This document shows positions 19,179 through 29,848 of a stretch of DNA of 64,000 nucleotides, in pieces; within the stretch, counting starts at the first letter, position 1, and each line of letters starts with the position of its first letter. The stretch is taken from positions 128,001-192,000 of the forward strand of contig CAVYTU010000014.1 of NCBI GenBank assembly GCA_963771465.1, given 5' to 3'. Made by a program: the position numbers and the translations under genes. The notes beneath the pieces were generated by a model. That model was given only the letters and a program-made list of their open reading frames with translations. It was not told where the DNA came from and did no database searches. The DNA is from an uncultured delta proteobacterium. GTDB lineage: Bacteria > Desulfobacterota > Binatia > UBA9968.

Positions 19179-20150
19179 ATGAGATGCCGCATAAATTTTA
19201 TCCTCGCGCTAATTCTTCTGCTGACGGTGAATCATCCGGCCCACGCCGCCCCCGTGCGTATCGCCTACAGTTCCATCAGCGCCGCGATGCTGCCGCTGTT
19301 CGTCGCCAAGGACAAAAAGCTTTTCGATAAATATGGCGTCGACGTCGAACTCACCTACATTCGCGGCGTCGCCATCGAAGCTTTGATCGCCGGCGAAGTG
19401 CAGTTCGTGCGCGCCTCGCCGCCATCCGTCGTTCGCTCCACCCTGCGCGGCGCCGATCTCGCCGTCATCGCCAACACCATCAACGTCCCGGTCTTCTCTC
19501 TCATGACCCGCGCCGACTTGAGACGGCCCGAAGACCTCAAAGGCAGAAAGATTGGCGTGACCGGTCTCGGCGACTCACCCGATTTCGTTCTGAGCATGAT
19601 TCTTGAAAAGTTAGGCTTTCAGCGGAGCAGCGATGTCACAGTCCTGGCGATCCGCGGCGGCATGCCCGACTTGATGATCGCCGTGAGCAAAGGCTTCGTC
19701 GACGGCGGCATGATTTCTGCGCCGAGCAATCTGCGCGGCATCAAGCTCGGTTTGCGCGAATTGATCGACTCCGCCGATCTCGGCGTGCCGTATTTAAACT
19801 CACCGATGAGCACTCGACGCGCCTACATCAAAAGCAACCGAGACACCGTGCTCAGAGTTCTCCGCGCTTATTACCAAGGCGTGCAAGAAACCCACAATGA
19901 CCGCGAAGGCAGCATGAAAATCCTCGCCAAATACACCCGCGTCACCGAGCCGGAAATCCTCGCCGAATCCTACCGCATCTATGGCCAGAGACATTTGCAG
20001 AAGTCGATCAACGTAGATTTGGACGGCGTCCGGCAACTGCTGAAGCACATCGGCAAAGACGCTGCCGGCGCAAACGCGGCAAGCTTTGTGGATGCTTCGC
20101 TCGTGCAGGAATTGGAGAAAGACGGGTTCTTTCAGCAGAAGGCACGGTGA
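19179..20150 (+). CDS. ABC transporter substrate-binding protein, NMT1/SsuA-like
   Basis: Signal peptide; LFDKYGVDVEL and DLKGRKIGV motifs. Confidence 0.88.
   Translation: MRCRINFILALILLLTVNHPAHAAPVRIAYSSISAAMLPLFVAKDKKLFDKYGVDVELTYIRGVAIEALIAGEVQFVRASPPSVVRSTLRGADLAVIANTINVPVFSLMTRADLRRPEDLKGRKIGVTGLGDSPDFVLSMILEKLGFQRSSDVTVLAIRGGMPDLMIAVSKGFVDGGMISAPSNLRGIKLGLRELIDSADLGVPYLNSPMSTRRAYIKSNRDTVLRVLRAYYQGVQETHNDREGSMKILAKYTRVTEPEILAESYRIYGQRHLQKSINVDLDGVRQLLKHIGKDAAGANAASFVDASLVQELEKDGFFQQKAR
19941..20150 (+). repeat. Copy 1 (intact, in-gene) of a ~200-bp SBP 3'-end repeat
   Basis: Aligns by eye with 26949-27154 and 33264-33461. Confidence 0.85.
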
Positions 20151-20311
20151 CTCAAGCATTCATCCCGTGCCACTGTTGAAGCTACGCTAACGGTTGAGTG
20201 CTGGGCGAGCTTGGAGTGGCCGCTTTCCGGCATGCCGAAGATAAGGTTGACAGCTGTGCCTGCGGTTGATAGCAGTGCAGTCAACCCAGCGATTCATTCC
20301 TTAATGCGACT

Positions 20312-21088
20312 ATGGAAAGCGTCGACGATAAATTTATTCTTTTCACCCAGCCCGGTTGAAGCAGTTGCCTAAGAACGAAAGAGTTTCTTTCGAAAAAAGG
20401 CATCGACTTCATCGCGCTCGATATCTTGAACGATCCAACGGCACTAGAGCGGCTGGGCAAATTCGGCGTGCGCACCGTACCGGTTTTGGCGAAAGGCGAT
20501 CAGTATATCTTTTGCCAGAACCTGGAAGATGTCGCCGAGTTCGTCGGCTTGCAAGGCAGTGGGCATACGCCGCTCCCGCCCACGGCATTGATGACGAAAT
20601 GGATCACAGTGCTACGCGCGGCCCAGCGCTACATTCGTCAAATCCCCAGCGACCGGCTGGCCGAGCGCGCGATCGATAATCGCGCTCGCTCGCTTCGACT
20701 CTTGAGCCACCACATCTTTCGCATCGGCGAAGCTTTTCTCGAAACCGCCATTGACGGCGTCGAATACCGGACCAACAATGCCAACGTCCCGCCGCCCGAG
20801 GACGGAACCTGTGCCGCCGCAGAGGAAATCGCCGCCTACGGTGACGCCGTTGTTGAGCGTCTTGAAAACTGGTGGAGCCAACTCGAGGACAAATCCTGCC
20901 AGCAACCGGTGAAAACATTCTATGGCACGCCGCCGATGCACCAGCTTTTCGAGCGCTCCACCTGGCACTCCGCGCAGCATACGCGCCAGTTGATGGCCGT
21001 GCTCGAGCGCTTCGGTATCGAGCCGCAGGGGCGACTCACGGCCGAAGATCTCGCCGGTCTGCCGTTGCCGCAAGGCCTGTGGGAATGA
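20312..21088 (+). CDS. Probable selenoprotein: glutaredoxin-like (U-S-S-C) domain fused to a DinB-superfamily domain
   Basis: ATG 20312 gives MESVDDKFILFTQPG-TGA(20357-9)-SSCLRTKEFLSKKGIDF, in frame with ORF 20426..21088. Grx cis-Pro motif RTVPV; DinB His motifs LSHHIF and WHSAQH; hairpin downstream of the UGA. Confidence 0.8.
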
Positions 21089-21319
21089 CCAAGAGATAAA
21101 CGCCTGGCCGAAAAATGTTTCGTATAGACACCAAGATTAGAATCCTGCCTTTCGATTTTCTCTAAGCAATTAATCAGCTCGTAAAATTCTCGCCAAAGTC
21201 GGCACTCTGCAAACGATCTCTGCCATTGCTTGCCGAGATTTCCTCTTGAACTCGATCGTAAGCCTGTGCCATGTTGCGCCAAAGCCGTACGGCGGCTGCT
21301 ATTCGGAAGGGACGGTCGG

Positions 21320-22786
21320 ATGGGACTGACGCAAGAAGTTGCCCACTTTGTCGCGCGGACACGCTACCGGGATATTCCCAAAGAGGTCGTCCAACTGGCG
21401 CGAGGATTCATCCTGGATGGACTCGGCGTCGCCTTGGCCGGTTCGACCGATGAGTGCTCGCGCATCGTTCAAGCACAAATCCGGCAAATGAACGGCAAGG
21501 GCGAGTCGTCGATTGTCGGCACCGCGCTCTCAGCGCCGGCAGCCAAAGCGGCTCTGGCCAACGGCGTGGCCGGCCATGCGATGGATTACGACGACACCCA
21601 ACTGTCAACTTCCAAGGAAGCCGTTTACGGTCTTTTGACGCATCCGACGACGCCTGTGCTCGCCGCCGTGTTGGCGATCGGTGAGAAAGAAAAAATCAGC
21701 GGCGAGGAATTTGTTTTGGCCTATCTCTTAGGCGTCGAAGTCGAGTGCCGTATCGCCGATGCGATCAACCCACGCCACTATCAGTCTGGTTTTCATTCCA
21801 CCGCGACCATGGGCGGCATCGGCGCCGCCATGGCGGTGGGGAAAATCCTTCGTCTCAACGAGGCGAAGTTGATGCAAACGTTGGGCATTGCCGCCAGCAT
21901 GGCGTCGGGCTTGCGCGAAAATTTCGGCACCATGACCAAGCCGCTGCACGCGGGACGCGCTGCGGAGAACGGCGTGAGCGCCGCCTTGTTGGCGCGCGAC
22001 GGCTTCACGGCGGCGGCGAATATTCTCGAAGCCCGCCGCGGCTTTTTCAACGCCATGGCCGGCGGTTGCGACGAGAGCAAGATTACCGGGCGCCTCGGTT
22101 CGCCTTACTTTATGATGGAGCCGGGAATTTCCATCAAGCCGTATCCATCCGGCTCACTCTCCCACCCGGCGCAAGATTTGATTCTCGACCTGGTCAAACA
22201 GCATGATCTTGGCGTGGACGACATCGATCACGTCGAGGTCGGCACCAATTCCAACGTGCCCAACGCGCTGATCTATCCGATGCCCAAGACCGCGCTGGAA
22301 GGTAAATTCAGCATTCCATTCTGCATGGCGATCGCTATCCTCGAGCGCAAGGCCGGCATCGCCGAGTTTCAAGACCGCAAGGTGCGCGACAAGAAGGTCG
22401 TCGAATTGATGAAGCGAGTGACGCTCTCTGTCGACGATGAACTGGAAAAGCTCGGCTACGATCAGGTGCGTTCACGGATTCGCATCGGACTGAAAAATGG
22501 CCGGGTGATCGAAGGGCGCTACGATGTCGCGCGTGGACACCCGGAGAAACCGATGAGCTGGACCGAGTTGGGCGATAAATTTCGCGACTGCGCCGGGCTC
22601 GTGCTGGCGGATAAGGACGCCGAGACGGCGATCCAATTGGTCGCCCGCATCGAAGCACTGAAAAGCTTAAGACCCCTGTTCCGCGCTCTGACCAGCGGCG
22701 GGGTGAACGCAGCCAAAAAGTCTAAAACCACAAAACGCGGCAGTCAAAAGCGCCGCGTTGAATCGGTAAGGAGGAAAAGATCATGA
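21320..22786 (+). CDS. MmgE/PrpD family protein
   Basis: ANGVAGHAMDYDD, THPT, GFHSTAT, GTMTKPLHAG and IKPYPSG motifs. Confidence 0.92.
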   Translation: MGLTQEVAHFVARTRYRDIPKEVVQLARGFILDGLGVALAGSTDECSRIVQAQIRQMNGKGESSIVGTALSAPAAKAALANGVAGHAMDYDDTQLSTSKEAVYGLLTHPTTPVLAAVLAIGEKEKISGEEFVLAYLLGVEVECRIADAINPRHYQSGFHSTATMGGIGAAMAVGKILRLNEAKLMQTLGIAASMASGLRENFGTMTKPLHAGRAAENGVSAALLARDGFTAAANILEARRGFFNAMAGGCDESKITGRLGSPYFMMEPGISIKPYPSGSLSHPAQDLILDLVKQHDLGVDDIDHVEVGTNSNVPNALIYPMPKTALEGKFSIPFCMAIAILERKAGIAEFQDRKVRDKKVVELMKRVTLSVDDELEKLGYDQVRSRIRIGLKNGRVIEGRYDVARGHPEKPMSWTELGDKFRDCAGLVLADKDAETAIQLVARIEALKSLRPLFRALTSGGVNAAKKSKTTKRGSQKRRVESVRRKRS

Positions 22787-23799
22787 GAACAAAAATTTTT
22801 CTGACACTGATCGCCTTAGGCTGCTGGCTTTCCCGTGCTGCGGCGCAAGATGCCGCGCTGGTTCAGGCGGCCAAAAAAGAAGGATTGGTGGTTTGGTACA
22901 CTTCTGTGGCGCTTCCGACCGCCACGGCAATCGCCCATGGCTTCAAGGAGAAATATACGGGAATCGACGTCGAGGTCCATCGCACGGGATCGGAGCGGGT
23001 ACTGCAAAGATTTATGCAGGAAGCGGCGGCGGGAATAAAGAACGCCGATATCATTGACACCTCCGATGCCGGTCACTTCGAGCTTCTTAAGGGCAAAGGG
23101 ATGCTGCTCAAATTCACGCCCCAGGGGGTCGCTGGTTTTTCCGACGGCTTTAAGGACAAGGCCGGCTTTTACTACGGCATGCGGTCGACACTTTCGGTCA
23201 TCGCTCACAATCCCAAGATCCTGCCCGAAAAGGACGCGCCAAAAACCTGGAAGGATCTTTTAGATCCCAGATGGAGCGGTAAGCTGGTCACTGCCCATCC
23301 GGGCTACAGCGGCATAATCGTGACTCATGTGCTGGCGCTGGTGAATCTCTACGGGTGGGACTACTTTCGCGACCTGGCGAAAAACAAATTGCATATCGTT
23401 CAGTCGGCCCTTGATCCGGCCGGTATCGTCGCATCGGGGGAGCGGCCGGTGGGGGTCAACGGCGCGGAATATTTCTATTACAGAACCCAAAAACGAGGCA
23501 ATCCGATCAAGATCATCTATCCCAAAGAGGGCGTTCCGCTCATCGTCTCGCCAGTGGCGATTGTCAAGGACGCGCCCCACCCCAACGTCGCGAAGCTATT
23601 CACCGAGTATATTTTCGCCAAACAGTCGCAGCAGTTGTTGGCGGATAAAGAAGGCCTTTATACCGGTCATCCGGACGTCACGTATCCAGCGGACAAGCCT
23701 AAGCTCAAAGATTTAAAACTTCTGCCGCCGGACGCGGCCGAGCTGGAAAAGCGCAATGCCGAAATAAAAAAACGCTTCGTTGAAATTTTCGGCGCCTAG
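22783..23799 (+). CDS. ABC transporter substrate-binding protein (Fe3+-type cluster)
   Basis: Signal peptide; AAKKEGLVVWYTS, PKTWKDLLDPRW and APHPNVAKLF motifs. Confidence 0.9.
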   Translation: MRTKIFLTLIALGCWLSRAAAQDAALVQAAKKEGLVVWYTSVALPTATAIAHGFKEKYTGIDVEVHRTGSERVLQRFMQEAAAGIKNADIIDTSDAGHFELLKGKGMLLKFTPQGVAGFSDGFKDKAGFYYGMRSTLSVIAHNPKILPEKDAPKTWKDLLDPRWSGKLVTAHPGYSGIIVTHVLALVNLYGWDYFRDLAKNKLHIVQSALDPAGIVASGERPVGVNGAEYFYYRTQKRGNPIKIIYPKEGVPLIVSPVAIVKDAPHPNVAKLFTEYIFAKQSQQLLADKEGLYTGHPDVTYPADKPKLKDLKLLPPDAAELEKRNAEIKKRFVEIFGA

Positions 23800-23813
23800 C
23801 AACGAAAACATTT

Positions 23814-25541
23814 ATGCCCGCTTCTCAAACCGGGACCCTCGATCGAGTCGGCCACGCGGGCTGGTCCGCGCTGCGATTCAAGGATCCGACCTTGCCCGTG
23901 TGGATCGGCGCGGCGCTGCTTCTAATCTTTTTGATGCTCTTGCCGCTGGGCGCAATTTTTCGCTCCAGCGTCTGGGGTGATACTGGGTTCACGTTCAGCA
24001 GATATCTTGAAGTCTTTACCAACCAACAATTTCTCAAGGCGATCTGGAACACCTTGATCATTTCCACCTGGGTGGGAGTGATCGCGGTGATCATCGGCGC
24101 TCTGCTCGCCTGGTTGGTGACGCGCACCGATTTGCCCTGGAAAAAACCGATCCGCGCGCTGGTGATGGCGTCGTTCGTGACGCCGCCGTTCCTGGGAGCG
24201 TTTGCCTGGACGTTGCTCGCCGGACCCAACGCCGGTTCGCTGAACAAACTCTACCGCGCCGTGACCGGTTCCGAAGAAGCGCTGTTCAATATATTCACCA
24301 TGCCGGGGCTGATTTTTGTCATGGCGCTCTACAGCTTCCCATTCGTTTTTTCCATGATCGCCAACGTCTGCGAGCTGATCTCGTCGGATCTTGAAGACGC
24401 CGCGGAGATATTGGGCGCGAACAAATGGCGCACGGCTTGGACCGTCACCCTGCCCTTGGCGCTGCCGGCGCTGATCAGCGGTTTCATCCTGGCTTTTCTC
24501 CAATCGCTGTCGCTCTTCGGCGCGCCGGCGATACTCGGCCTGCCCGCGGGCTTGCACACGATCACGACGCAGATCTGGACGCTGTTTCAATATCCGCCGC
24601 GCCTGGATATGGCTGCCGCTTTTTCCGTGCCGCTGCTGCTGGCGACGATGCTGTTGCTTGCCGTGCAAAAAAAAATCCTCGGGCGAAAAGGCTACAGCAC
24701 GGTGGGCGGTAAAGGCGGACAGAAACGTTTAATCCGGCTGGGCTGGGGCCGAATTCCAGTGCTGCTTCTCGTTTTTGGAATTCTTTCGCTCTCAGTCTTC
24801 TTGCCTTATTGGATTCTGCTTAAAGCGGCGCTCTCCAAAGCCTGGGCGCTGCCGTTAACCTGGGATAATTTTACGCTGCACAACGTTTACTTTAGTTTTT
24901 TCGAGTACGGCGATACTCAACTGGCGATCTACAATACGTTTAAATTGGGACTGATCACGGCGACCGTCGGCACGCTGTTGGCGACGCTCATCGCTTACAT
25001 CACCAATCGCAATCTGTTTCGCGGCGCGCGCTATCTGAGTTTTTTCGCGCTGGCGCCGCTGGTGATTCCCGGTATTGTTTTGGCCGTCGGTCTGTTCATC
25101 GTCTACACTCGGCCACCGCTGGTGCTCTACGGCACCCTATGGATTCTTTTCGTGGCTTTTTTAACTAAAGAAATGCCGATTGGATTTTCCCAGGCAGAGT
25201 CCACCTTCAAGAGCATTCACCCGGAGCTCGAAGATGCCAGCCGGATTATCGGCGCCAACCGGCTCATGTCCCTCAAAGATGTAACCGCGCCGCTGGCGCG
25301 CTCCGGACTGATCGCCGGGTGGTCTTTTATCTTCATCGGCGTCATCCGTGAGCTCAGCACCGCAATCCTGTTATTCGCGCCCAAGTCGAAAGTTGTTTCG
25401 GTGGTCATCTTCGATCTGAAAGAAGAAGGACAAGTGGGAGTTATCGCCGTTTTAGGAATTCTTTTGCTGGTGGTTTCCTTCGCGGTCATACTTGCGGTCC
25501 AGTGGTTCGGGGGACGGGACGTGATGGCGACGCGGGAATAG
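23814..25541 (+). CDS. ABC transporter permease, FbpB-like
   Basis: Two EAA-type loops (LEDAAEILGA, LEDASRIIGA); many TM helices. Confidence 0.92.
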   Translation: MPASQTGTLDRVGHAGWSALRFKDPTLPVWIGAALLLIFLMLLPLGAIFRSSVWGDTGFTFSRYLEVFTNQQFLKAIWNTLIISTWVGVIAVIIGALLAWLVTRTDLPWKKPIRALVMASFVTPPFLGAFAWTLLAGPNAGSLNKLYRAVTGSEEALFNIFTMPGLIFVMALYSFPFVFSMIANVCELISSDLEDAAEILGANKWRTAWTVTLPLALPALISGFILAFLQSLSLFGAPAILGLPAGLHTITTQIWTLFQYPPRLDMAAAFSVPLLLATMLLLAVQKKILGRKGYSTVGGKGGQKRLIRLGWGRIPVLLLVFGILSLSVFLPYWILLKAALSKAWALPLTWDNFTLHNVYFSFFEYGDTQLAIYNTFKLGLITATVGTLLATLIAYITNRNLFRGARYLSFFALAPLVIPGIVLAVGLFIVYTRPPLVLYGTLWILFVAFLTKEMPIGFSQAESTFKSIHPELEDASRIIGANRLMSLKDVTAPLARSGLIAGWSFIFIGVIRELSTAILLFAPKSKVVSVVIFDLKEEGQVGVIAVLGILLLVVSFAVILAVQWFGGRDVMATRE

Positions 25542-25544
25542 CTC

Positions 25545-26633
25545 ATGGCCATAGTTTCGATACGAGGGCTGACTAAAAAATTCGCCGACGCCGCCGCGGT
25601 CGACGATCTCCATTTGGACATCGGCGACGGCGAATTCGTGTCGCTGCTCGGTCCGTCCGGTTGCGGCAAGACCACGACGCTAAGATTGCTCGCCGGCTTC
25701 TTGCAGCCCGACGGCGGGGACATCCGCGTCGGGGGTGAAGTTGTTTCATCGCCGTCCATCCTGGTACCGCCGGAGCGGCGCAACATGTCGATGATCTTTC
25801 AAAGCTACGCCGTCTGGCCGCACATGACGGTGGCGCAAAACGTCGCCTATGGCCTCAAATTCAAAAAACTTACGAAACAAGAAATCTCGGCGAAAGTTGC
25901 CACGCTGCTTGGCGTCGTGCGCTTGGCGGAGTTGAAAGATCGCTATTCCGCGGAGCTGTCCGGTGGCCAGCAGCAGCGGGTAGCGTTGGCGCGGGCGTTG
26001 GTGGTCGAGCCGCAGATTCTTTTAATGGATGAGCCACTGAGCAACCTCGACGCCAATCTGCGCGAAGAGATGCGCTTCGAGATCCGCCGGCTGCATGAAG
26101 AATTCAAAATTACCACCATCTATGTCACCCACGATCAGTCGGAGGCGATGGCGACCTCGGACCGGATCGCCGTGCTCAATCGCGGCCGTCTAGTTCAGGT
26201 CGGACCGCCGGCGGAAATATTCGACCGGCCGAAAACCCGGTTCGTTGCGGAGTTTGTCGGCAAAGCGAATATCTTGAGTGGACGCCTCGACGGCGATGGC
26301 CGGTCAATTCTATCCGACGGCGTAAAAATTCGCCTGGCTGACGGCGGCGATGTCGCGCCGGCGAGCGAAGTGTCGGTGTGCTTGCGTCCGCATAATATCC
26401 AGCTGGTCGCCGGGCAAGAAGCAGCGCGGCAGCTGACCGATCAAGGTTACAATCTCTTCTCCGGTGTCATTCGCCGCTCGATCTATTTCGGTGACGCGGT
26501 CGATTATACGGTCGAACTCCCTTCGGGGAGAATTTTACACGTCATCGCGCCGCCGTCCCAACGATTCGAGCCCGGCCAATCGATATGCGCGGCAGCCGAT
26601 CCCGAAAATTGCGTCGTCGTGCGTGAAGATTGA
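25545..26633 (+). CDS. ABC transporter ATP-binding protein (FbpC/PotA-like, C-terminal TOBE)
   Basis: GPSGCGKT, LSGGQQQR, LLMDEPLSNLD and YVTHDQ motifs. Confidence 0.95.
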   Translation: MAIVSIRGLTKKFADAAAVDDLHLDIGDGEFVSLLGPSGCGKTTTLRLLAGFLQPDGGDIRVGGEVVSSPSILVPPERRNMSMIFQSYAVWPHMTVAQNVAYGLKFKKLTKQEISAKVATLLGVVRLAELKDRYSAELSGGQQQRVALARALVVEPQILLMDEPLSNLDANLREEMRFEIRRLHEEFKITTIYVTHDQSEAMATSDRIAVLNRGRLVQVGPPAEIFDRPKTRFVAEFVGKANILSGRLDGDGRSILSDGVKIRLADGGDVAPASEVSVCLRPHNIQLVAGQEAARQLTDQGYNLFSGVIRRSIYFGDAVDYTVELPSGRILHVIAPPSQRFEPGQSICAAADPENCVVVRED

Positions 26634-26639
26634 CGCGGC

Positions 26640-26795
26640 ACAGCCGCAATTGAAATTCGGATTATCTCGCGCGAAGCATGTCCTGAGCGAGGTCGAAGGG
26701 ACGCAAAGACCGCAAAGGTCATAACGGTAAAAAAATTCTCCAGACAATTCATCTCTTGCCTCCGAACCTGGCGTGATTTGCGCCTTGGCGGGAGT
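26640..26795. repeat. Composite REP-like intergenic element
   Basis: CGCAAAGACCGCAAAG arm and TTTGCGCCTTGGCG counter-arm, with a nested GTCCTGAGCGAGGTCGAAGG unit. Confidence 0.55.
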
Positions 26796-26948
26796 CAATT
26801 CCCCGTGCTCCAGTATTCCAGATCACTGGTAAATTTGCTCCTTTCCGCAGATGCCCGGCGGCCGGTTGTTGTAGGGGAAGGATTCGGGTAGAAATTGTCA
26901 GGCTTTGGTTTCGATTCATCGTCTCTGCCCAACTAGAATAAGCAATTC

Positions 26949-27154
26949 GTCAGCGAACCAGAAATCCTCGCCGAATCCTACCGCACGGCCAGAAACATCT
27001 GCAGAAATCGATCAACGTCGATTTGGAAAACGTCAGACAACTGCTAAAAACTCTCGGTAAAGAAGCCGCTGGCACAAACGCGAGCCAGTTTGTCGACCCG
27101 TCGTTGGCGCAGGAATTGGAACGCGAAGGCTTATTTCAGAGCAAAAATCGCTGA
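26949..27154 (+). pseudogene. Copy 2: orphan 3'-end fragment of an SBP allele related to 19179..20150
   Basis: Translates to VSEPEILAESYR-(5-nt deletion)-GQKHLQKSINVDLENVRQLLKTLGKEAAGTNASQFVDPSLAQELEREGLFQSKNR*. Confidence 0.85.
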
Positions 27155-27209
27155 TCTCGATTGACACCCAAACAAAGCGGTGCCGCTGGTTATCGAAGCT
27201 ACGATACAT

Positions 27210-27237
27210 TTGACCAAGGTAAGGCAATGCTGATAAT
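27210..27237 (+). promoter_or_regulatory. Putative sigma70 promoter of the Rieske/TTT operon
   Basis: TTGACC-16 nt-GATAAT, about 65 nt upstream of ATG 27301. Confidence 0.4.
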
Positions 27238-27300
27238 TTCCCTTTTGAATTCATTCTCATTGAAAGTATTTTATCGATCTTCAACTAACCCGAGTCGCAC

Positions 27301-28625
27301 ATGCTTTCACAGCAAGAAAATGAACTCCTCACTAGGGTGGGCCCCGGCACGGTGATGGGCGAATTCATGCGGCAATATTGGCTGCCCGCGCTCTTATCAA
27401 AGGAACTGCCCGAGCCGGACGGACAGACCGTGCGGGTTCGTCTCCTGGGAGAAAACTTGGTGGCGTTTCGCGATAGCCATGGCAATCCTGGCATGCTAGG
27501 CGCACACTGCCCGCACCGCGGCGCGCCGCTATTTATGGCCGTAATGAAGCGGGCGGCCTGAGATGCGTTTACCATGGCTGGAAATTTGACATCGGCGGGC
27601 AGTGCGTCGATATGCCCAACGAGCCGCCGGAAACGGTATTCAAGGATAAGATTCGCCACAAATCCTATCCCTGCCGCGAGTATGCCGGCGTCATTTGGGT
27701 TTACATGGGCACGCTCGCTACGCCGCCGCTCCCGGAACTGGAATGGACCTTGGTGCCGGATGAAAATCGTTATCTCGCTAAGCGGGTGCAAAATTGCAAC
27801 TTCGCGCAGGCGCTGGAGGGCGAAATCGATCAGAGCCACAATTCCTTCCTGCACGCCCCCGGTAGCCAGCTCAAACCCGAGGTTTTCGACGGCACCACTG
27901 ATGTCGAACTCTGGCGCAAACGGGATACCCACCCGCACTTTTCCGCCTTCGATACCAACTACGGCGTGTTGATCGGCGCGCGGCGCGACATCGATGAAGT
28001 GAATTGTTATTGGCGCCTGACCCAATTCCTGCTGCCCTTTTACGTCATGACCGGTCCCTACGGCGAGAATCCAACGCGCCACACGCGCATGTGGGTGCCG
28101 ATGGATGATGACACGACGATGTTGGTTGCGTGCAATTTTCATCCGCTGAGACCGCTCACCGAGCAGGAGATCGACCGGCTGCAGCGCGGTTCGGGCGCGG
28201 GATTTGTCGGCACGGATCATTTCCTCCCGACGGACAGCTCACCCGGCGGCGCTTGGCGGCCCAAGGCGAGCCGAGAGAATGATTTTTTCTTTGATCGCGA
28301 ACTACAACGCACGAAATTTTTCTCGGGCATTCGGAGTTCTGGGCGCAGGATGCGGCGGTGCAGGAAGGCATGGGGCCGATTTACGATCGCACCCAAGAGC
28401 ACCTGGGGACAACCGACATCGGCATCATCCATTTCCGCAAGCGTTTGATCGATAGCGCCACAGCCTTGCGCGAGAGCAAGACCGTGTCACCGAGCGCTGT
28501 TGATCCCTCAATGTATCGGGTGCGCGGCGCCGCGGCGCTCTTGGCCAAAAACGCTGACTGGATCGAAGCTACTGAAGAAATCCGCAAAGTCACCCGGCAC
28601 CAACCCCGCAGGACCGGGACGCTGA
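27301..28625 (+). CDS. Rieske non-heme iron oxygenase, phthalate 4,5-dioxygenase-like (three apparent frameshifts, ~27533, ~28332, ~28593)
   Basis: ENELLTRVGPGTVMG, Rieske CPHRG...CVYHGW, mononuclear Fe EGEIDQSHNSFLH, and QDAAVQEGMGPIYDRTQEHLG across the shifted frames. Confidence 0.88.
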
Positions 28626-28652
28626 GCGCGAAACAGTTAAAAGGAACCGTCT

Positions 28653-29736
28653 ATGAATCGTCGCCCGGATCGCAAAACAATCCTTGCTCGCGCCATTATA
28701 TTGGGCCAGCTAGTGTCGCTCTTGATCGTCGCGCCGTCTTGGTCCGCGGACGTTGGGCAATACTTCACCGGCAAGACACTCAAGATCGTCGTCGGCTACG
28801 CGCCCGGCGGCGGCTACGATACTATCGCGCGCTTGTTCGCCGTGCACTTTCACAAACACCTGCCGGGCCAACCGCTGATTCAAGTCGTCAACATGCCGGG
28901 CGCGGGATCTGAAATTGGCTTGCGCTACGTCATGAAGGCGAAAGCCGATGGCCTGACGATACTCAACATGCCGAAAGTTTTTATGATTCGCGAACTCCTC
29001 GGCGAAGATATCAAGGAGTTCGATTACCAGCGCGCTCTCTACCTCGGCCAGCCCGACGCTGTCGCGGACGCCGGCGTGCTGATGGCGCGAACCCAGATCG
29101 CGACTTCGTGGAAAGAGATCGCCAATCGCGGCAAACCAGCGACCAACGGCGAGACCGAAGTCGGCACCTCGGTGAGCATTCCAGCGGCCTGGCTCGAACT
29201 CATCGGCGCACCGATCAAAAACGTCTACGGTTACGGCGGCGGATCGGAAGTTCTAGGCGCGTTCAATCGCGGCGAACTCGATCTGACGACGCGAGCCAGC
29301 GAGATCGCGCTGATCAAGCGCAGCTTTCCCGAATGGCTCGAAAAAAAACCGGCGTATCTTACACCCATCGTGCGCTGGCGCGGCTTGCTCGGCAAGGACT
29401 TCCTGGAGGCTGGCAAGTGGCCGCAGCCTCCCGACATTTTTGAAGTCGCCAAAGGAACCGAAGCTCAACGGGCGGCGCTGGAAGCCTGGATGGAGGTTGG
29501 GGACCGGATCAAAAGTATTTACGCTGCCGCCCGGCGTCCCCGCCGATACTTATCAGGCACTTAAAAAATCTTTCGAGGCCACTGTCGCCGATCCCGCCTT
29601 CGTCAAAGACGCCACTGCGCGCGGCATCGACGTAACCCTCTTAAAAGCAGAAAATCTGATGACGTCGGTGAAGAAGGTTACGACTGCTTCTGACGAAGTG
29701 CGGCAAATTCTTCGAAAGCTCTACACCGGCAAATAG
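28653..29736 (+). CDS. tctC: Tripartite tricarboxylate transporter substrate-binding protein (TctC/Bug), frameshift ~29512
   Basis: VVGYAPGGGYD, NMPGAG and GYGGG motifs; the C-terminus LPPGVP...DPAF is in the shifted frame. Confidence 0.82.
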
Positions 29737-29848
29737 CTTAGCTTTGCCGCTAAAAGCGAGCTATCCGGACCGGTTTCACGCCGCGCAATTCCCAGACCAC
29801 TGCATTGTATCAGCGGTAAAATAGCCACCACACCGCGGGAGAATCAAT

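Noticed and set aside
20183-20240. GCTAACGGTTGAG resembling an attC R'' start
   Set aside because: No matching L'/R' half could be found.
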